From the NCBI GenBank assembly GCA_012797605.1, contig JAAZOT010000015.1, positions 45,569 through 109,568 on the forward strand: a DNA stretch of 64,000 nucleotides. Reading direction: 5' to 3'. The DNA comes from Spirochaetales bacterium (GTDB lineage Bacteria; Spirochaetota; JAAYUW01). Numbering within the stretch: position 1 is the first letter of the stretch; every line of letters begins with the position of its first letter. The notes under the pieces were generated by a model. It saw nothing but the letters and a program-made list of their open reading frames with translations, did no database searches and was not told where the DNA came from. The translations under genes and the position numbers were made by a program. Below, piece after piece: positions 18,560-28,913 of the stretch.

Positions 18560-19417
18560 TCAAGTAAAGTTATAGTGATGCCATTGATTAGCAAATCCTA
18601 AAAAATTATGATCTTTGATATCTTGATTTTCAAAATTGTCCTGATAATGCATTAAAAATATTTTTTCCTTGATGTAGGTCGGATAAGAGCAAATCTCATC
18701 GAAACTTGCATGGACCCCACCTTTATAGGATTGGCAATCATGAAAGATATATTCGATATCAAAAAAACTTACTAGAAATTCAATAAAATCTTTATCAAAT
18801 TTTGTATCTGAGGTAAAAAGGATTTTATTGTCTATTATTAGACCAAATGTCAAATGATGTTTTTCTAAATCATTGACATCTGATGGAAGATGTTTTGTTT
18901 GGAAAAATATTATATTAATTTGGTCTATTTTTACCTGATAAAAGAGTCTTTTTTCATTATAATTTATAGAAATCGGTTCTGGTTTTATATAATTAACAAA
19001 ATCAAAAATCGAAAGATGATTTGATCCTTTATATTCAGAGTAACTGCAACCACCTTTTAAGCTTTCTTCCCATAAAATTTTTAGGTATGGTTCTGGCACT
19101 ATTAAATTTACCTTTCTATTAAAACCATATCTATTAAATAAAAAAATCTCTTCTACCCCACCAATATGATCAGCATGAGAATGAGTTAAAATAAGATTAG
19201 TGATAGAAGATACATTATGCCCAAGTTCATTTAAAGCAAATGGTGCTCTTGTTCCAAAATCAACAAAAATTGAAGTATCACCTTTGATAATAATTATATT
19301 ATTCTGATAAATTTTTTTTGAAAAAGCAGAACCTACCCCTAAAAAAAATATAGATAAGAAACCATCATTTTTCAATATTAAAGGGGGTTCTATTTTAGAT
19401 ATGGATAAATTTAACAT
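18560..19417 (-). CDS. MBL-fold metallo-hydrolase
   Basis: 285 aa. LILTHSHADHIGG matches the HxHxDH metallo-beta-lactamase motif. Confidence 0.7.
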   Translation of the reverse strand: MLNLSISKIEPPLILKNDGFLSIFFLGVGSAFSKKIYQNNIIIIKGDTSIFVDFGTRAPFALNELGHNVSSITNLILTHSHADHIGGVEEIFLFNRYGFNRKVNLIVPEPYLKILWEESLKGGCSYSEYKGSNHLSIFDFVNYIKPEPISINYNEKRLFYQVKIDQINIIFFQTKHLPSDVNDLEKHHLTFGLIIDNKILFTSDTKFDKDFIEFLVSFFDIEYIFHDCQSYKGGVHASFDEICSYPTYIKEKIFLMHYQDNFENQDIKDHNFLGFANQWHHYNFT

Positions 19418-19429
19418 TTTAGTTTTTAA

Positions 19430-20209
19430 TTATTTGTCAGTTTTCTTTTCATTATCTTCGAAAATTTTATATATATTTTCAATCTTTTTTCTTAAAAGTT
19501 TTTCTGGGTCGATTTCATATAAAAAAGAGATAAATATTAATATATAAAGTAAATCTGAAATAATTTTGGAATTATCTTCTTTATATTTGTCTATATCATC
19601 TTGTTCAATATTCTTATTCAAGCTCTTTTCAATATTTTGAAAAAATTCATTACTTTGGCTTATAACATTTTCAAAAGAAGAATAAATGGAATCTTTAATT
19701 TTCTGATAAATCGTTGGATGTTGCTTTATTTTGCGAAATAATTTAATAAGGATATAGATCGATGGGAGGTTTTGGGGAATTCCTTCTATCGCATTTTTTC
19801 TCTCTGATTTTTCAATTAATTTCTGTCTATTCCATATTTTCAGTACTTCATCTGGTGTATCAGCCTTTTCATCATTAAAAACATGAGGATGTCTGAAAAT
19901 TAATTTTTGACAGATATTATTAAAAACATCTGCGATATTGAATAAGTTTTGTTCGCTTGCAATTTGGGATATCATAAAAACTTGAGATAAAATATCGCCA
20001 AGTTCTTCAAGTAAACCTTCACTATCATTCTTATCTAGAGCTTCGATTGCTTCATATGTTTCTTCTAAAATATATTCTGCACAATCTTCAATTTTAAGTT
20101 TTCTATCCCATGGGCAACCGCAAGGAGAGCGCAAAGTCTTGACAATATTTCCAAGTCTTCTAGCCTCTTTTTCAATTTTACTCTGTAAAAAATCTTCTTT
20201 TTCTTTCAT
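19430..20209 (-). CDS. mazG: nucleoside triphosphate pyrophosphohydrolase MazG
   Basis: 259 aa. MazG-type EEtYE ... E-LGD-L helical pyrophosphatase motifs (ILEETYEAIEA, EELGDILSQV) and a second half-domain. Confidence 0.8.
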   Translation of the reverse strand: MKEKEDFLQSKIEKEARRLGNIVKTLRSPCGCPWDRKLKIEDCAEYILEETYEAIEALDKNDSEGLLEELGDILSQVFMISQIASEQNLFNIADVFNNICQKLIFRHPHVFNDEKADTPDEVLKIWNRQKLIEKSERKNAIEGIPQNLPSIYILIKLFRKIKQHPTIYQKIKDSIYSSFENVISQSNEFFQNIEKSLNKNIEQDDIDKYKEDNSKIISDLLYILIFISFLYEIDPEKLLRKKIENIYKIFEDNEKKTDK

Positions 20210-20331
20210 ATAATCTTTAGTTCTAAAATTAAAAAATAGAATTAACTAAAATATAAAAGGAATAAAAATAAGAATAAAAAATTTTACCAATTAGGCGAGT
20301 ATATATTGTTTACAAAATATAATATTTTTTG

Positions 20332-20889
20332 TTAAAACTGTACTTTAGGTGCTTCAGTAGCTTCATTTACAGCTTTAAAATATGGTTTTTCTTTGAAATT
20401 AAATAAAGATGAAATAATTACATTTGGAAATCTTTTTATATAAGTGTTGTATTCTCTAACTTTCTGGTTGTATCTTTGTCTTTCAACAGCTATCCTATTT
20501 TCGGTGCCTGAAAGTTCAGCCATTAAAGTGACAAAGTTTTCATTTGCCTTTAAGTCTGGATATTTTTCAAAAACAACTAAGAGTCTTGCCAATGCACCTT
20601 CAAGTTGATTATTTGCGTTAATTTTTTCATCAATTGTCTGAGCTTGACCTACTGAGGCTCTCGCTTTAGTGACAGCAATCAAGGTTTCCTGTTCAAACTT
20701 CATATAACCCTTTGCTGTTTCAACAAGATTTGGTATAAGATCGTACCTTCTTTGAAGTTGATTTTCTACTTGAGCCCATGACTCTTCCACTGAATTAGTA
20801 AGAGAAATCATTTTGTTGTAAGCAGAAATAGAAATAAGAATAAGAATAACAAGAATAATTACTACAATAATCCAACCTTTTATTTTCAT
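20332..20889 (-). CDS. lemA: LemA family protein
   Basis: LemA-like: N-terminal TM helix then a conserved coiled region (RRYDLIPNLVETAKGYMKFEQETL...RQRYNQ). The ORF track starts at 20937. The internal ATG at 20889 is preceded by GGAGGAAAA (strong RBS) and begins directly with the TM segment, so I take 20889 as the start. This removes the apparent overlap with the upstream gene. Confidence 0.8.
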   Translation of the reverse strand: MKIKGWIIVVIILVILILISISAYNKMISLTNSVEESWAQVENQLQRRYDLIPNLVETAKGYMKFEQETLIAVTKARASVGQAQTIDEKINANNQLEGALARLLVVFEKYPDLKANENFVTLMAELSGTENRIAVERQRYNQKVREYNTYIKRFPNVIISSLFNFKEKPYFKAVNEATEAPKVQF

Positions 20890-20926
20890 TTTTCCTCCAA
20901 TATTTCTTTTGTTGATTTGGTTAAAT

Positions 20927-21562
20927 TTATACTTCAATTTTAGAAATCAAGAAACTTAAACTATTATAAAGAATTTCAAATCTTTCAGTTGAATCAAAAT
21001 CTCCCATGGATTTTATGACATGGACGACCTTGGAAGTAGCATTATAATTAAGTAAATTCAACAATGAAATGAAAAGTTCAGATTCATCTTTAAAAGAAAT
21101 GTTAAAATTCTTAATTTTTGAATAGGCATAAATAACATACCTTAGAGAAAATAATAGATCCTTAGCAAAATGAGAAATATCATTTTTAGAATTAAAAGTA
21201 TAACTTGATGAAGTAACAACAAATATTTTAGATCTTAACTCTTTTTCAATATTTAATCTTAGGAAGTTATTGTCTATTTGAATATCTTGGAATAAATCTT
21301 CTCCAAAAAGATGGGATGAGAAATCTCTTATATATAAAATATCTGCCGGGAATGTATCTTTAGCATTATGTATAAATTCTAAATTTAAGAAGATTGGTAA
21401 AAATTTATAAAATTGATTATATTTCTTTTTTTGTTCTATAAATATCTTAAGTTCTTTTGGATTAGAATTTTTTAATACTATTACAGGGAATAATTCATTA
21501 AATTCTCTAATCTCTAAAATGTTTTCTTTGAATAAGTCTTTAAAAAAATCAATCTTTTTCAT
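20927..21562 (-). CDS. hypothetical cytoplasmic protein (211 aa) within the LemA/TPM cluster
   Basis: Long ORF tightly packed between the TPM and LemA genes on the same strand. No TM segment or recognisable motif. Confidence 0.6.
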   Translation of the reverse strand: MKKIDFFKDLFKENILEIREFNELFPVIVLKNSNPKELKIFIEQKKKYNQFYKFLPIFLNLEFIHNAKDTFPADILYIRDFSSHLFGEDLFQDIQIDNNFLRLNIEKELRSKIFVVTSSSYTFNSKNDISHFAKDLLFSLRYVIYAYSKIKNFNISFKDESELFISLLNLLNYNATSKVVHVIKSMGDFDSTERFEILYNSLSFLISKIEV

Positions 21563-21604
21563 TATATTTCCTTTATGACTATTTTTCTTTTGGATAATAA
21601 TTTC

Positions 21605-22486
21605 TTACCATCCCCCAGTAGCCCCACCACCGCCTGAAGAACCTCCACCAAAACCACCAAAACCTCCGAAACCGCCGCCATGGAATCCACCAAATCCAGA
21701 ATTTCTAGTATTTCCAATATTGTTGCCAAAAAAGGTATTTCTCATGACTCTTGAAGCTAGATAAGCCCCAAAAAGTTGATTTGCCACACTTCTATTTCTG
21801 TATCCATAAAATCTTGGTCTTCTGAATAAAAGGTTAAAGATGAAGAAGATAATAAAAATTAAGGCAATAAAGAAAAATCCAATACCTTCATTGCCTCCTT
21901 GAGCTTTAAGCCCAGCTTCTTTTACCCATTCTGAAAAATTCTCCCCCATATTTTTTGCAATGATATTACCTAACTGGTATACCATATTATAAAGACCTTT
22001 TCCATAATTTGACTCTCTAAAATAGGGTAAGCCATAATTTTGTATAATAAGTGCGGCGATACTATCAGTTATTAAAGGTTCCAATCCATATCCAACTTCA
22101 ATTCTTACTTTTTTTTCTTTTAATGCTAAAACTATTAAAATACCATTATTTAATTCTTTCTGTCCAACACCCCATTTCTCTAATAATTTATATGAAAATT
22201 CCTCTATAGAATACAAACCCAAGGTTTCAACTGTAACTATAGCTATTTGATCTTTACTTTTATCATCTATAACTTTAGACAATAAATAAATTTGTTGCTC
22301 TTCTTCACCGTCAAGGATTTGCGCAAAATCTGCAACATACCCTTCGGGTTTAGAATTAAGAATATTTTCAATAATATCCTGAGCTGATATATTTATTGGT
22401 AAGAAGTAAAAAAACAAAAGAGATAATAAAATTAAAGTAAAGGTAAGTCTAATAGATTTGATAGTATCTTTATAAACTTCTTTCAT
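21605..22486 (-). CDS. TPM domain-containing protein (YgcG-like) with Gly-rich C-terminal tail
   Basis: 293 aa. Signal peptide, TPM-type fold pattern (DFAQIL...IAIVTVETLGL...), an internal TM helix, and a C-terminal GFGGFHGGGFGGFGGFGGGSSGGGG tail typical of YgcG-like TPM proteins. Confidence 0.75.
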   Translation of the reverse strand: MKEVYKDTIKSIRLTFTLILLSLLFFYFLPINISAQDIIENILNSKPEGYVADFAQILDGEEEQQIYLLSKVIDDKSKDQIAIVTVETLGLYSIEEFSYKLLEKWGVGQKELNNGILIVLALKEKKVRIEVGYGLEPLITDSIAALIIQNYGLPYFRESNYGKGLYNMVYQLGNIIAKNMGENFSEWVKEAGLKAQGGNEGIGFFFIALIFIIFFIFNLLFRRPRFYGYRNRSVANQLFGAYLASRVMRNTFFGNNIGNTRNSGFGGFHGGGFGGFGGFGGGSSGGGGATGGW

Positions 22487-22556
22487 TTTTAAAATTTTTC
22501 CTTTTATAAAACATCAATATATATATAATAAATTTGAACAAATAAGTAAAGAAAAA

Positions 22557-24035
22557 TTATAAAGATAAAGGTGAAAAAAAGGCTATAATACTATCTATAA
22601 TTCTTTGAAAGAAATTTCTTTTTACTATAATTGGTTCTGATTTTAATTTAACTATTAAATTTATTGCTTTCATAAGCGAATCTGTTGTTGGTTTATTGAC
22701 TAAAAGCAGTATATTAATATTGTCAAAATATGAAATTGTAGAAATTTCTGAAAAGGATTTAATATAAATGTTCTGCAATTGGAAATTCATATCTTTATTT
22801 AATATGAAAAAAGGCGAGATATTTTCACTGCTTTTTTTCATTAAATATATAAAGACAACTTTTTTATTTAAAAAATTAGAGATATCTTTATCATAGTCAT
22901 ACTTAAAAATAACTTTAGAAAATCCAATATTTAAGAGTTTTTTTTGTATAAGATTTTTTTGTTTTTCCGAAATTCCAAGATCATTGGTTAAAGAGACAAT
23001 AGATATCAAATCTGGATTTAATTGTAATAATTTGTTAAAAGGAGTATCTGATTGTATCTGATCATCATTATTTTTGATAAAATCTACAAAAATCATTCCA
23101 TAAGGTTTTGGGAATTTAAATATTGAATTATTATTTAATGAATCCCACCTTTTAATTATTTCATTAAGCCAACTTAATTTATAATAAAATGTCTTTGCCT
23201 CAATATTTTCTTTTATGGAAAGACCAGTATATTTATTTAATAAGTCGGTTATGCTATTTAAACTATATAGTACAAATGCTGATTCAAGCATGGCTTCTGC
23301 TTCAGGGTATAAAAATGATCTACCTGTAAGATTGAGATATTTTGTTTGTTCTGCTTTACTAAATTCTATTGATTTAGGTAGAATAGTAGTAAAGAATAGT
23401 CTTTGTTTAAAAACAAAACTTAAAAGTTCAAATAATAAATTATTTAAATTATCAGTTTTATAAAAGATATAGTGTTCTATCGATTTTTTCGGATCTTTTA
23501 TATGTAAAAAAAGATTTTCATTTGTTGTAAGTTTGACTGGAATAATTGAAAAACTGATGTTTTCTTTCGCGGTTTCCTTAAAAAAAATTTCTAAGCTACT
23601 GCAAAGATCATCTTTTGTAAATAAAAGATTTGCTAAATCAATTAAAAAAAACTTAAATTCATCAAATTCCAAATTTTCAAAAACAGATTTTATTCTTTCA
23701 AACTCAATTGATGCTGAGCAGCTATCATAAATCTTATGATCTATTTCAAGATCTAAATCATTGTTTAAAAATTTTAAGTAAATACTAGAAAGTTTTTCAA
23801 ATTTTTCTTTATTGTTATTGATAAAAATCTTTATGGAATCTGGTAAAATAAAAATTGGAGATTCATATATTAGAAGAGCAATAGATGCTATGGATTGTCT
23901 ATCAAGTTTATATTTTGAAAGAAATAGATCCTGAGAGTAACAAATATTGTTAAAAGAAAAAATAAGCATAAAATAAAACAATAAAAACCAAGATAAATAA
24001 TTTATTAGTCCGTACCTTTTATGAATTTTAGTCAT
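22557..24035 (-). CDS. hypothetical secreted protein (492 aa)
   Basis: N-terminal signal-like segment (LSWFLLFYFMLIFSFNNICYSQ). No recognisable motif. First gene of the minus-strand LemA/TPM cluster. Confidence 0.65.
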   Translation of the reverse strand: MTKIHKRYGLINYLSWFLLFYFMLIFSFNNICYSQDLFLSKYKLDRQSIASIALLIYESPIFILPDSIKIFINNNKEKFEKLSSIYLKFLNNDLDLEIDHKIYDSCSASIEFERIKSVFENLEFDEFKFFLIDLANLLFTKDDLCSSLEIFFKETAKENISFSIIPVKLTTNENLFLHIKDPKKSIEHYIFYKTDNLNNLLFELLSFVFKQRLFFTTILPKSIEFSKAEQTKYLNLTGRSFLYPEAEAMLESAFVLYSLNSITDLLNKYTGLSIKENIEAKTFYYKLSWLNEIIKRWDSLNNNSIFKFPKPYGMIFVDFIKNNDDQIQSDTPFNKLLQLNPDLISIVSLTNDLGISEKQKNLIQKKLLNIGFSKVIFKYDYDKDISNFLNKKVVFIYLMKKSSENISPFFILNKDMNFQLQNIYIKSFSEISTISYFDNINILLLVNKPTTDSLMKAINLIVKLKSEPIIVKRNFFQRIIDSIIAFFSPLSL

Positions 24036-24087
24036 ATTATTTTTTTTTTCCTTGCTTTTTTTTATTTATAAGTCGTTGTAGACATTT

Positions 24088-26154
24088 TTACGAGACCTTT
24101 CCAGCAATTTTTTTATCGGCAAAAACCTTTTCATTTCCACAAATAAGGCAATTATCAAAACAAAAAACATTATCACCACTGCTAACAATCTCCAATTCTT
24201 TGAACTTATCTATAGAAATTTGTTCAAAACTATCTGGATAATCTACATTTTCAAATACAACCTTAGTTCCAGGTTTTTGATTATGGGTTAGCACTCCGAC
24301 TTTTCCATCTTTAGAACTAGCAGCTAAAATCATACCATTAGAAAAAATGCCTTTAAGATTAGCTGGCTTTAAATTAGCGACAAGGCAGATATTTTTATTA
24401 ATAAGTTCATCTTTCGTATAATATGGCTTTATTCCAGCAACTACTGTTCGAATATCACTTCCTATATCTATTTTTAACACATACAATTTGTCTGCATTAG
24501 GATGATCATCGACTTCTAATATTTTTCCTGCGACAATTTGAACTTCTGAAATTGCTGGTTTTTTAATAATTGTAAAATTATCTTCAATTTTCTTAAAGAT
24601 TATATTACTACTATTTATTTTATGATTTAATAGTGGCTTCCCTATATTGTCAATATCTATTATGAAGTTAAGCTGAGTCGCTATTTCTTCACAATATTGT
24701 GGTATTATAGGATATAGACAAATTGCAAGATCTTTAATCATTGAAAGAGTTGTTGTAAGTATTGTAAGAGTCTTATTTTTATCTGTTTTAAGAAGCTGCC
24801 AAGGTTGATTATCTTGGAAATACTTATTTGCTGTATCTGTATATTTCTGAAATAATTCAATGGCTTTTCTATATTCAAGATTATTTAGCAAGTCAAAATA
24901 GTTTTCTTTTAATAAACTAAATTGATTATAAATATCTTCAATATCTTCATCCGTTTTCCCATCGAAATTTTTAAGTAAAAATGTTGAGAGTCTATTTACC
25001 AGATTTCCAAATTTACCTATTAAATTGGAGTTAATAATTGTTCTATAATCATTATCATTAAAATCAAAGTCATTTATTGAATTTCCAAGTAAAGCGGCAT
25101 AATAATATCTTAAATATTGAGGATCACCACCTCTTTCAATAAAATCTTTTGCCGTTATAAATGTTCCTCTTGATTTGCTCATTTTTTGTCCATTTACATT
25201 TAAAAACCCATGAACTTGAATATGTTTAGGTAAGGCAAAATCGGCAGCTATTAATACGGCAGGCCAGAAAAGAAAATGAAAGTAGATAATATCTTTTCCA
25301 ATAAAATGGTATATTTCTGAATCCTTAGATATCCAATAATCTTTCCAATCAAGATTATTTTTATCACAGTACTCTTTAGTTGACCCTATATAGCCTATAG
25401 GCGCATCAAACCATACATAGAAATATTGATCTGAATCTGGTATTTTGAATCCAAAATAAGGACCATCTCGAGAGATATCCCAGTCTTTTAATCCTTCATT
25501 TAACCAGTTTAAAAGGTAATTTTTTATCTCTTCTTGAAATTTTGTTCTTTTAAAATACTCAATTATCTGATCTTTTAACGCGGATAATTTAAAGAAAAAG
25601 TGTTTAGATTTTTTTAAAATAGGAGTATTACCACAAACTATGCAATAACTATTTCTTAAATCCTGTGGTTTGTATGTCGAATTGCACTTTTCGCAGGTAT
25701 CACCATATTGATTTTCTGCTCCACATATTGGGCAGGTTCCTTTAACAAATCTATCTGGTAAAAATCTTTTACAATGCTCACAGTATGTAGCTTCAATCTC
25801 TTTTTCATAAATATATCCATTTTCTTTGACTTTTTTATAGATTAGTTCAACGACTTCTTTGTTTTTTGTACCATTAGTTGTATAATACTCATCAAATGCC
25901 ACAAAAAATTTATCAAAATCCTCTTTATGTTCTTTATGAAACTTATCTATAAGTTGCTCCGGTGTTATTTTCATCTGCATCGCGTTTATCTCTATAGGAG
26001 TCCCATGTGTATCATCGGCACAAACATAGATTGCATCCTGTTTTTGTAACTTGCAGGATCTTGAATAAATATCTGTTTGAATATACTCAACAAGATGCCC
26101 AAGATGTAAAGGTCCATTTGCATAAATCAATGCTGAAGTTATTACTTTTTTCAT
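24088..26154 (-). CDS. metG: methionine--tRNA ligase with C-terminal tRNA-binding (EMAP/Trbp111-like) domain
   Basis: 688 aa. HLGH motif (ANGPLHLGHL), KMSKS, two Cys knuckles (CEHC...CPIC, CEKC...CIVC), and a C-terminal OB tRNA-binding domain (VAGKILEVDDHPNADKLYVLKIDIG). Confidence 0.95.
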   Translation of the reverse strand: MKKVITSALIYANGPLHLGHLVEYIQTDIYSRSCKLQKQDAIYVCADDTHGTPIEINAMQMKITPEQLIDKFHKEHKEDFDKFFVAFDEYYTTNGTKNKEVVELIYKKVKENGYIYEKEIEATYCEHCKRFLPDRFVKGTCPICGAENQYGDTCEKCNSTYKPQDLRNSYCIVCGNTPILKKSKHFFFKLSALKDQIIEYFKRTKFQEEIKNYLLNWLNEGLKDWDISRDGPYFGFKIPDSDQYFYVWFDAPIGYIGSTKEYCDKNNLDWKDYWISKDSEIYHFIGKDIIYFHFLFWPAVLIAADFALPKHIQVHGFLNVNGQKMSKSRGTFITAKDFIERGGDPQYLRYYYAALLGNSINDFDFNDNDYRTIINSNLIGKFGNLVNRLSTFLLKNFDGKTDEDIEDIYNQFSLLKENYFDLLNNLEYRKAIELFQKYTDTANKYFQDNQPWQLLKTDKNKTLTILTTTLSMIKDLAICLYPIIPQYCEEIATQLNFIIDIDNIGKPLLNHKINSSNIIFKKIEDNFTIIKKPAISEVQIVAGKILEVDDHPNADKLYVLKIDIGSDIRTVVAGIKPYYTKDELINKNICLVANLKPANLKGIFSNGMILAASSKDGKVGVLTHNQKPGTKVVFENVDYPDSFEQISIDKFKELEIVSSGDNVFCFDNCLICGNEKVFADKKIAGKVS

Positions 26155-26330
26155 TTCTTCTCCTATTATAGAAATTATAAAAAATTTATTAAAGAAACTA
26201 TAAACTGTTTTTTAATCTTAAAAGTTTTTTATTTAATAGAGACTAATTGCAAAATTGAAAAAAAGGTTTTTTTAATCCTTTTCCTTTAATAAAAATAAAA
26301 AAAATAAAATATTTTTTATTTTTTATTACA

Positions 26331-26810
26331 TTATTCAGTAGTTATATTCTGGTGAGACTCTAAAAATATAGTAATAGATTCATTTTTCATGAGATACTGG
26401 TTAACAATTGTATCAATTTTCTTTACAAGTAAAATGATTTCTGTATTTGAAAATAACGTTTTTTTCTGAATATAATTTTTTAATATTGACCAATAAACTT
26501 CTTTTGTTTGTTCATAAGTTTTAGAAGATAATTTAAATGCTTCTATTACCAAATCTAATTTATCTCCTCTTCTGTATTTATTATTACTTATGAGCAAAGC
26601 AAAACTATTTTCAACTTTCTCACTTGAAATTTCATATAAATAAATTTTATCTGTATCTAAAAAAAAGATTTTAGTTATAATTCCCTTGATTTTATAATCT
26701 TTAATATTTATATCATCGACTTTTTTAATTATATTTGAAAGATCTTGAGAACAACTCACCATGGTAAAAAGAAGTAAAGAGATCATTAAAATTAATAGTT
26801 CTTTTTTCAT
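26331..26810 (-). CDS. hypothetical lipoprotein
   Basis: The ORF track starts at 26885. The internal ATG at 26810 gives MKKELLILMISLLLFTMVSC (signal peptide plus lipobox Cys) with GGAG 8 nt upstream, so I take 26810 as the start. Confidence 0.55.
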   Translation of the reverse strand: MKKELLILMISLLLFTMVSCSQDLSNIIKKVDDINIKDYKIKGIITKIFFLDTDKIYLYEISSEKVENSFALLISNNKYRRGDKLDLVIEAFKLSSKTYEQTKEVYWSILKNYIQKKTLFSNTEIILLVKKIDTIVNQYLMKNESITIFLESHQNITTE

Positions 26811-27006
26811 TTTGATTACTCCACAAGTAGCTTTATTTATAAAATATTTATCTCTAAAATAAATATCTACTGAAATTTTTAACATATAAAATTAAAAAAT
26901 CAAAACAAGATAAAGATTGAAAATTACATTTTTAAGTCTAATTTTTAATTAGTTCTCACATACTATTAAAAAAATTAAAGAAAAATTAAAATAATCAGGG
27001 GTAAAA

Positions 27007-27351
27007 ATGGACTTTAGAAGTGATATTGAGTTTTTCAACAATATCGATGTTGCAATAACTATATGCGACAAAGATTTCACAATTATCTATATGAATGAAA
27101 AAGCAACAAAAACTTTTGAACAGTATGGATTTCTTATAGGTAAAAATCTTTTAGATTGTCATAATAGCAATTCTAGAGAAATTTTGCAAAAAATGATGAA
27201 AAATGGAGAAAAAAATACATATACAATATTAAAAAATGGGATAAAAAAGCTAATTCATCAAACTCCATGGTATAAAGATGGTAAGATAGCCGGATTAGTA
27301 GAATTTTCTATTGAAATCCCTCAGGATATGAAACATTTTAACAGAAATTGA
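27007..27351 (+). CDS. stand-alone PAS domain protein
   Basis: 114 aa. PAS-like pattern (VAITICDKDFTIIYMNEKATKTF...GKNLLDCH...WYKDGKIAGLVEF). Confidence 0.6.
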   Translation: MDFRSDIEFFNNIDVAITICDKDFTIIYMNEKATKTFEQYGFLIGKNLLDCHNSNSREILQKMMKNGEKNTYTILKNGIKKLIHQTPWYKDGKIAGLVEFSIEIPQDMKHFNRN

Positions 27352-27456
27352 ACTAAATAAACAATAATTATAATTAATAAACTCAAAAAATAGTTAATTT
27401 AATTGTCCTTTTCAATTTATGAGCTATAATATTATAGGAAAAGTAAAGGAGTAATA

Positions 27457-28830
27457 ATGAATTTAAAAGCAAAGTATATTCTATCTTTTCTTATCATCTA
27501 TCTTGTCGCTGCAGTAAGTTTGACTTTGTATATTTCAAATAAAAGTCAAAATATGTTGGTTGATCAAGCTAATGCAAGTTTTGAAGAATTTTTGCTTGTA
27601 GTTGGTAGGAGTATAGCTTCTCCATTGACAACTTTCAGACTTGCTAAAATTGATGAAATGACCATAAATGATGTAAGAAGAGAAATATTTGAAGTAAAAA
27701 GAAATGAAGGTAAATTTCATGATTTAGAAGATATTGTCATATTTGATAAAGATGGAGTGTTATCCTTTCCTCAAAATATATCTGATGTAAATCAAAAATT
27801 TCCTTTTGAAATTTTAGAGAATAATACTCTTTCACACAAAATTGTTAGTTATTTTAATGATAAAAGTAATTTTTACTCCCAAAAATATAAGAAAGGAATC
27901 AATAATCTCGGTATTCTAATTTATAGAGTTCCTTTTCAGTGGTCGGGTGGTATTCAGTATCCAGGATATGTCGCTACAGTCATATCTTATGATAGATTTT
28001 ACAAAGAACAAAGCAAATTGAGGATGCAATCATTTATTGTAAATTTATTATTTTTAACTTTAGCTTTGGTGCTCATTTGGGGTATAACTTTGCTTCTTAC
28101 AAAAAGAATTTATATCATTGTTGGTGCTGTAAAAAACCTATCTGCGGGTCAATTCACTAAAGTTCCTCCGAGTGGTAAAGATGAACTTGAATCTTTAATG
28201 AAAGAATTCAATAACATGCTTGACGCTATAAAAGAAAGGCAGCTTTTAGGTTCATATGTATCTCAAAGTACGATAGAAATGGTTAAAAAATCGGCTCAAT
28301 TTTCCGAAAGTATAGAACCAAGTTATCAGGAATATACAGTATTTTTTTCAGACATAAGAGGTTTTACATCTTATTCAGAGTCCCATGACCCAAAGGAGGT
28401 AATGGATCTGTTAAATACCTTACTTGATTTTCAAGTTAACATCATAAAAAAATATGGTGGAGATATAGATAAATTTATAGGTGACTCAGTAATGGCATTA
28501 TTCAAGGGAGAAAATAAAGAATTAAATGCATTAAAAGCATCTTATGAAATTCAAAAGAAATGGATTACTGATAAAGTTTATATTGGCATAGGAATAGCTA
28601 CTGGTAAAGTAATAGTTGGAAATATTGGAAGTTCTGAAAGAAAGGAAGCTGCAACTATAGGAGATATAGTCAATACTGCATCGAGATTGTGCAGTCATGC
28701 AAAACCAAAAGAGTTGGTAATATGTGAAATGACTTACAAGTCTTCTAAAATCAGTGGTTTTGATGGACCAGAAATGATATCTGTTAAAGGGAAAAGCCAA
28801 CCTTTCCCAGTATATAAAAAGAAATTTTAA
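27457..28830 (+). CDS. class III adenylate/guanylate cyclase with extracytoplasmic sensor domain and HAMP domain
   Basis: 457 aa. RBS AAAGGAG upstream. TM, a ~150-aa periplasmic domain, a second TM, a HAMP-like segment, then the cyclase catalytic domain (FFSDIRGFTSYSE, DKFIGDSVMALF, IGIATGKVIVGNIGS, TIGDIVNTASRL). Confidence 0.85.
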   Translation: MNLKAKYILSFLIIYLVAAVSLTLYISNKSQNMLVDQANASFEEFLLVVGRSIASPLTTFRLAKIDEMTINDVRREIFEVKRNEGKFHDLEDIVIFDKDGVLSFPQNISDVNQKFPFEILENNTLSHKIVSYFNDKSNFYSQKYKKGINNLGILIYRVPFQWSGGIQYPGYVATVISYDRFYKEQSKLRMQSFIVNLLFLTLALVLIWGITLLLTKRIYIIVGAVKNLSAGQFTKVPPSGKDELESLMKEFNNMLDAIKERQLLGSYVSQSTIEMVKKSAQFSESIEPSYQEYTVFFSDIRGFTSYSESHDPKEVMDLLNTLLDFQVNIIKKYGGDIDKFIGDSVMALFKGENKELNALKASYEIQKKWITDKVYIGIGIATGKVIVGNIGSSERKEAATIGDIVNTASRLCSHAKPKELVICEMTYKSSKISGFDGPEMISVKGKSQPFPVYKKKF

Positions 28831-28913
28831 AAAAATACTTTCCTTTAATTATAATTTTAATACAGATTGTAGATTTTTTTAGATATTATTATTGATTTTT
28901 ATAGGAGAAAAAG

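Noticed and set aside
20889-20937. Apparent 11-nt overlap between lemA and the upstream 211-aa gene
   Set aside because: It is an artefact of the longest-ORF start. The ATG at 20889 has a GGAGG RBS and begins with the TM helix expected for LemA.
26155-26330. Possible T-box leader upstream of metG
   Set aside because: The 176-nt leader is A/T-rich with no specifier or antiterminator stem-loops and no T-box consensus.
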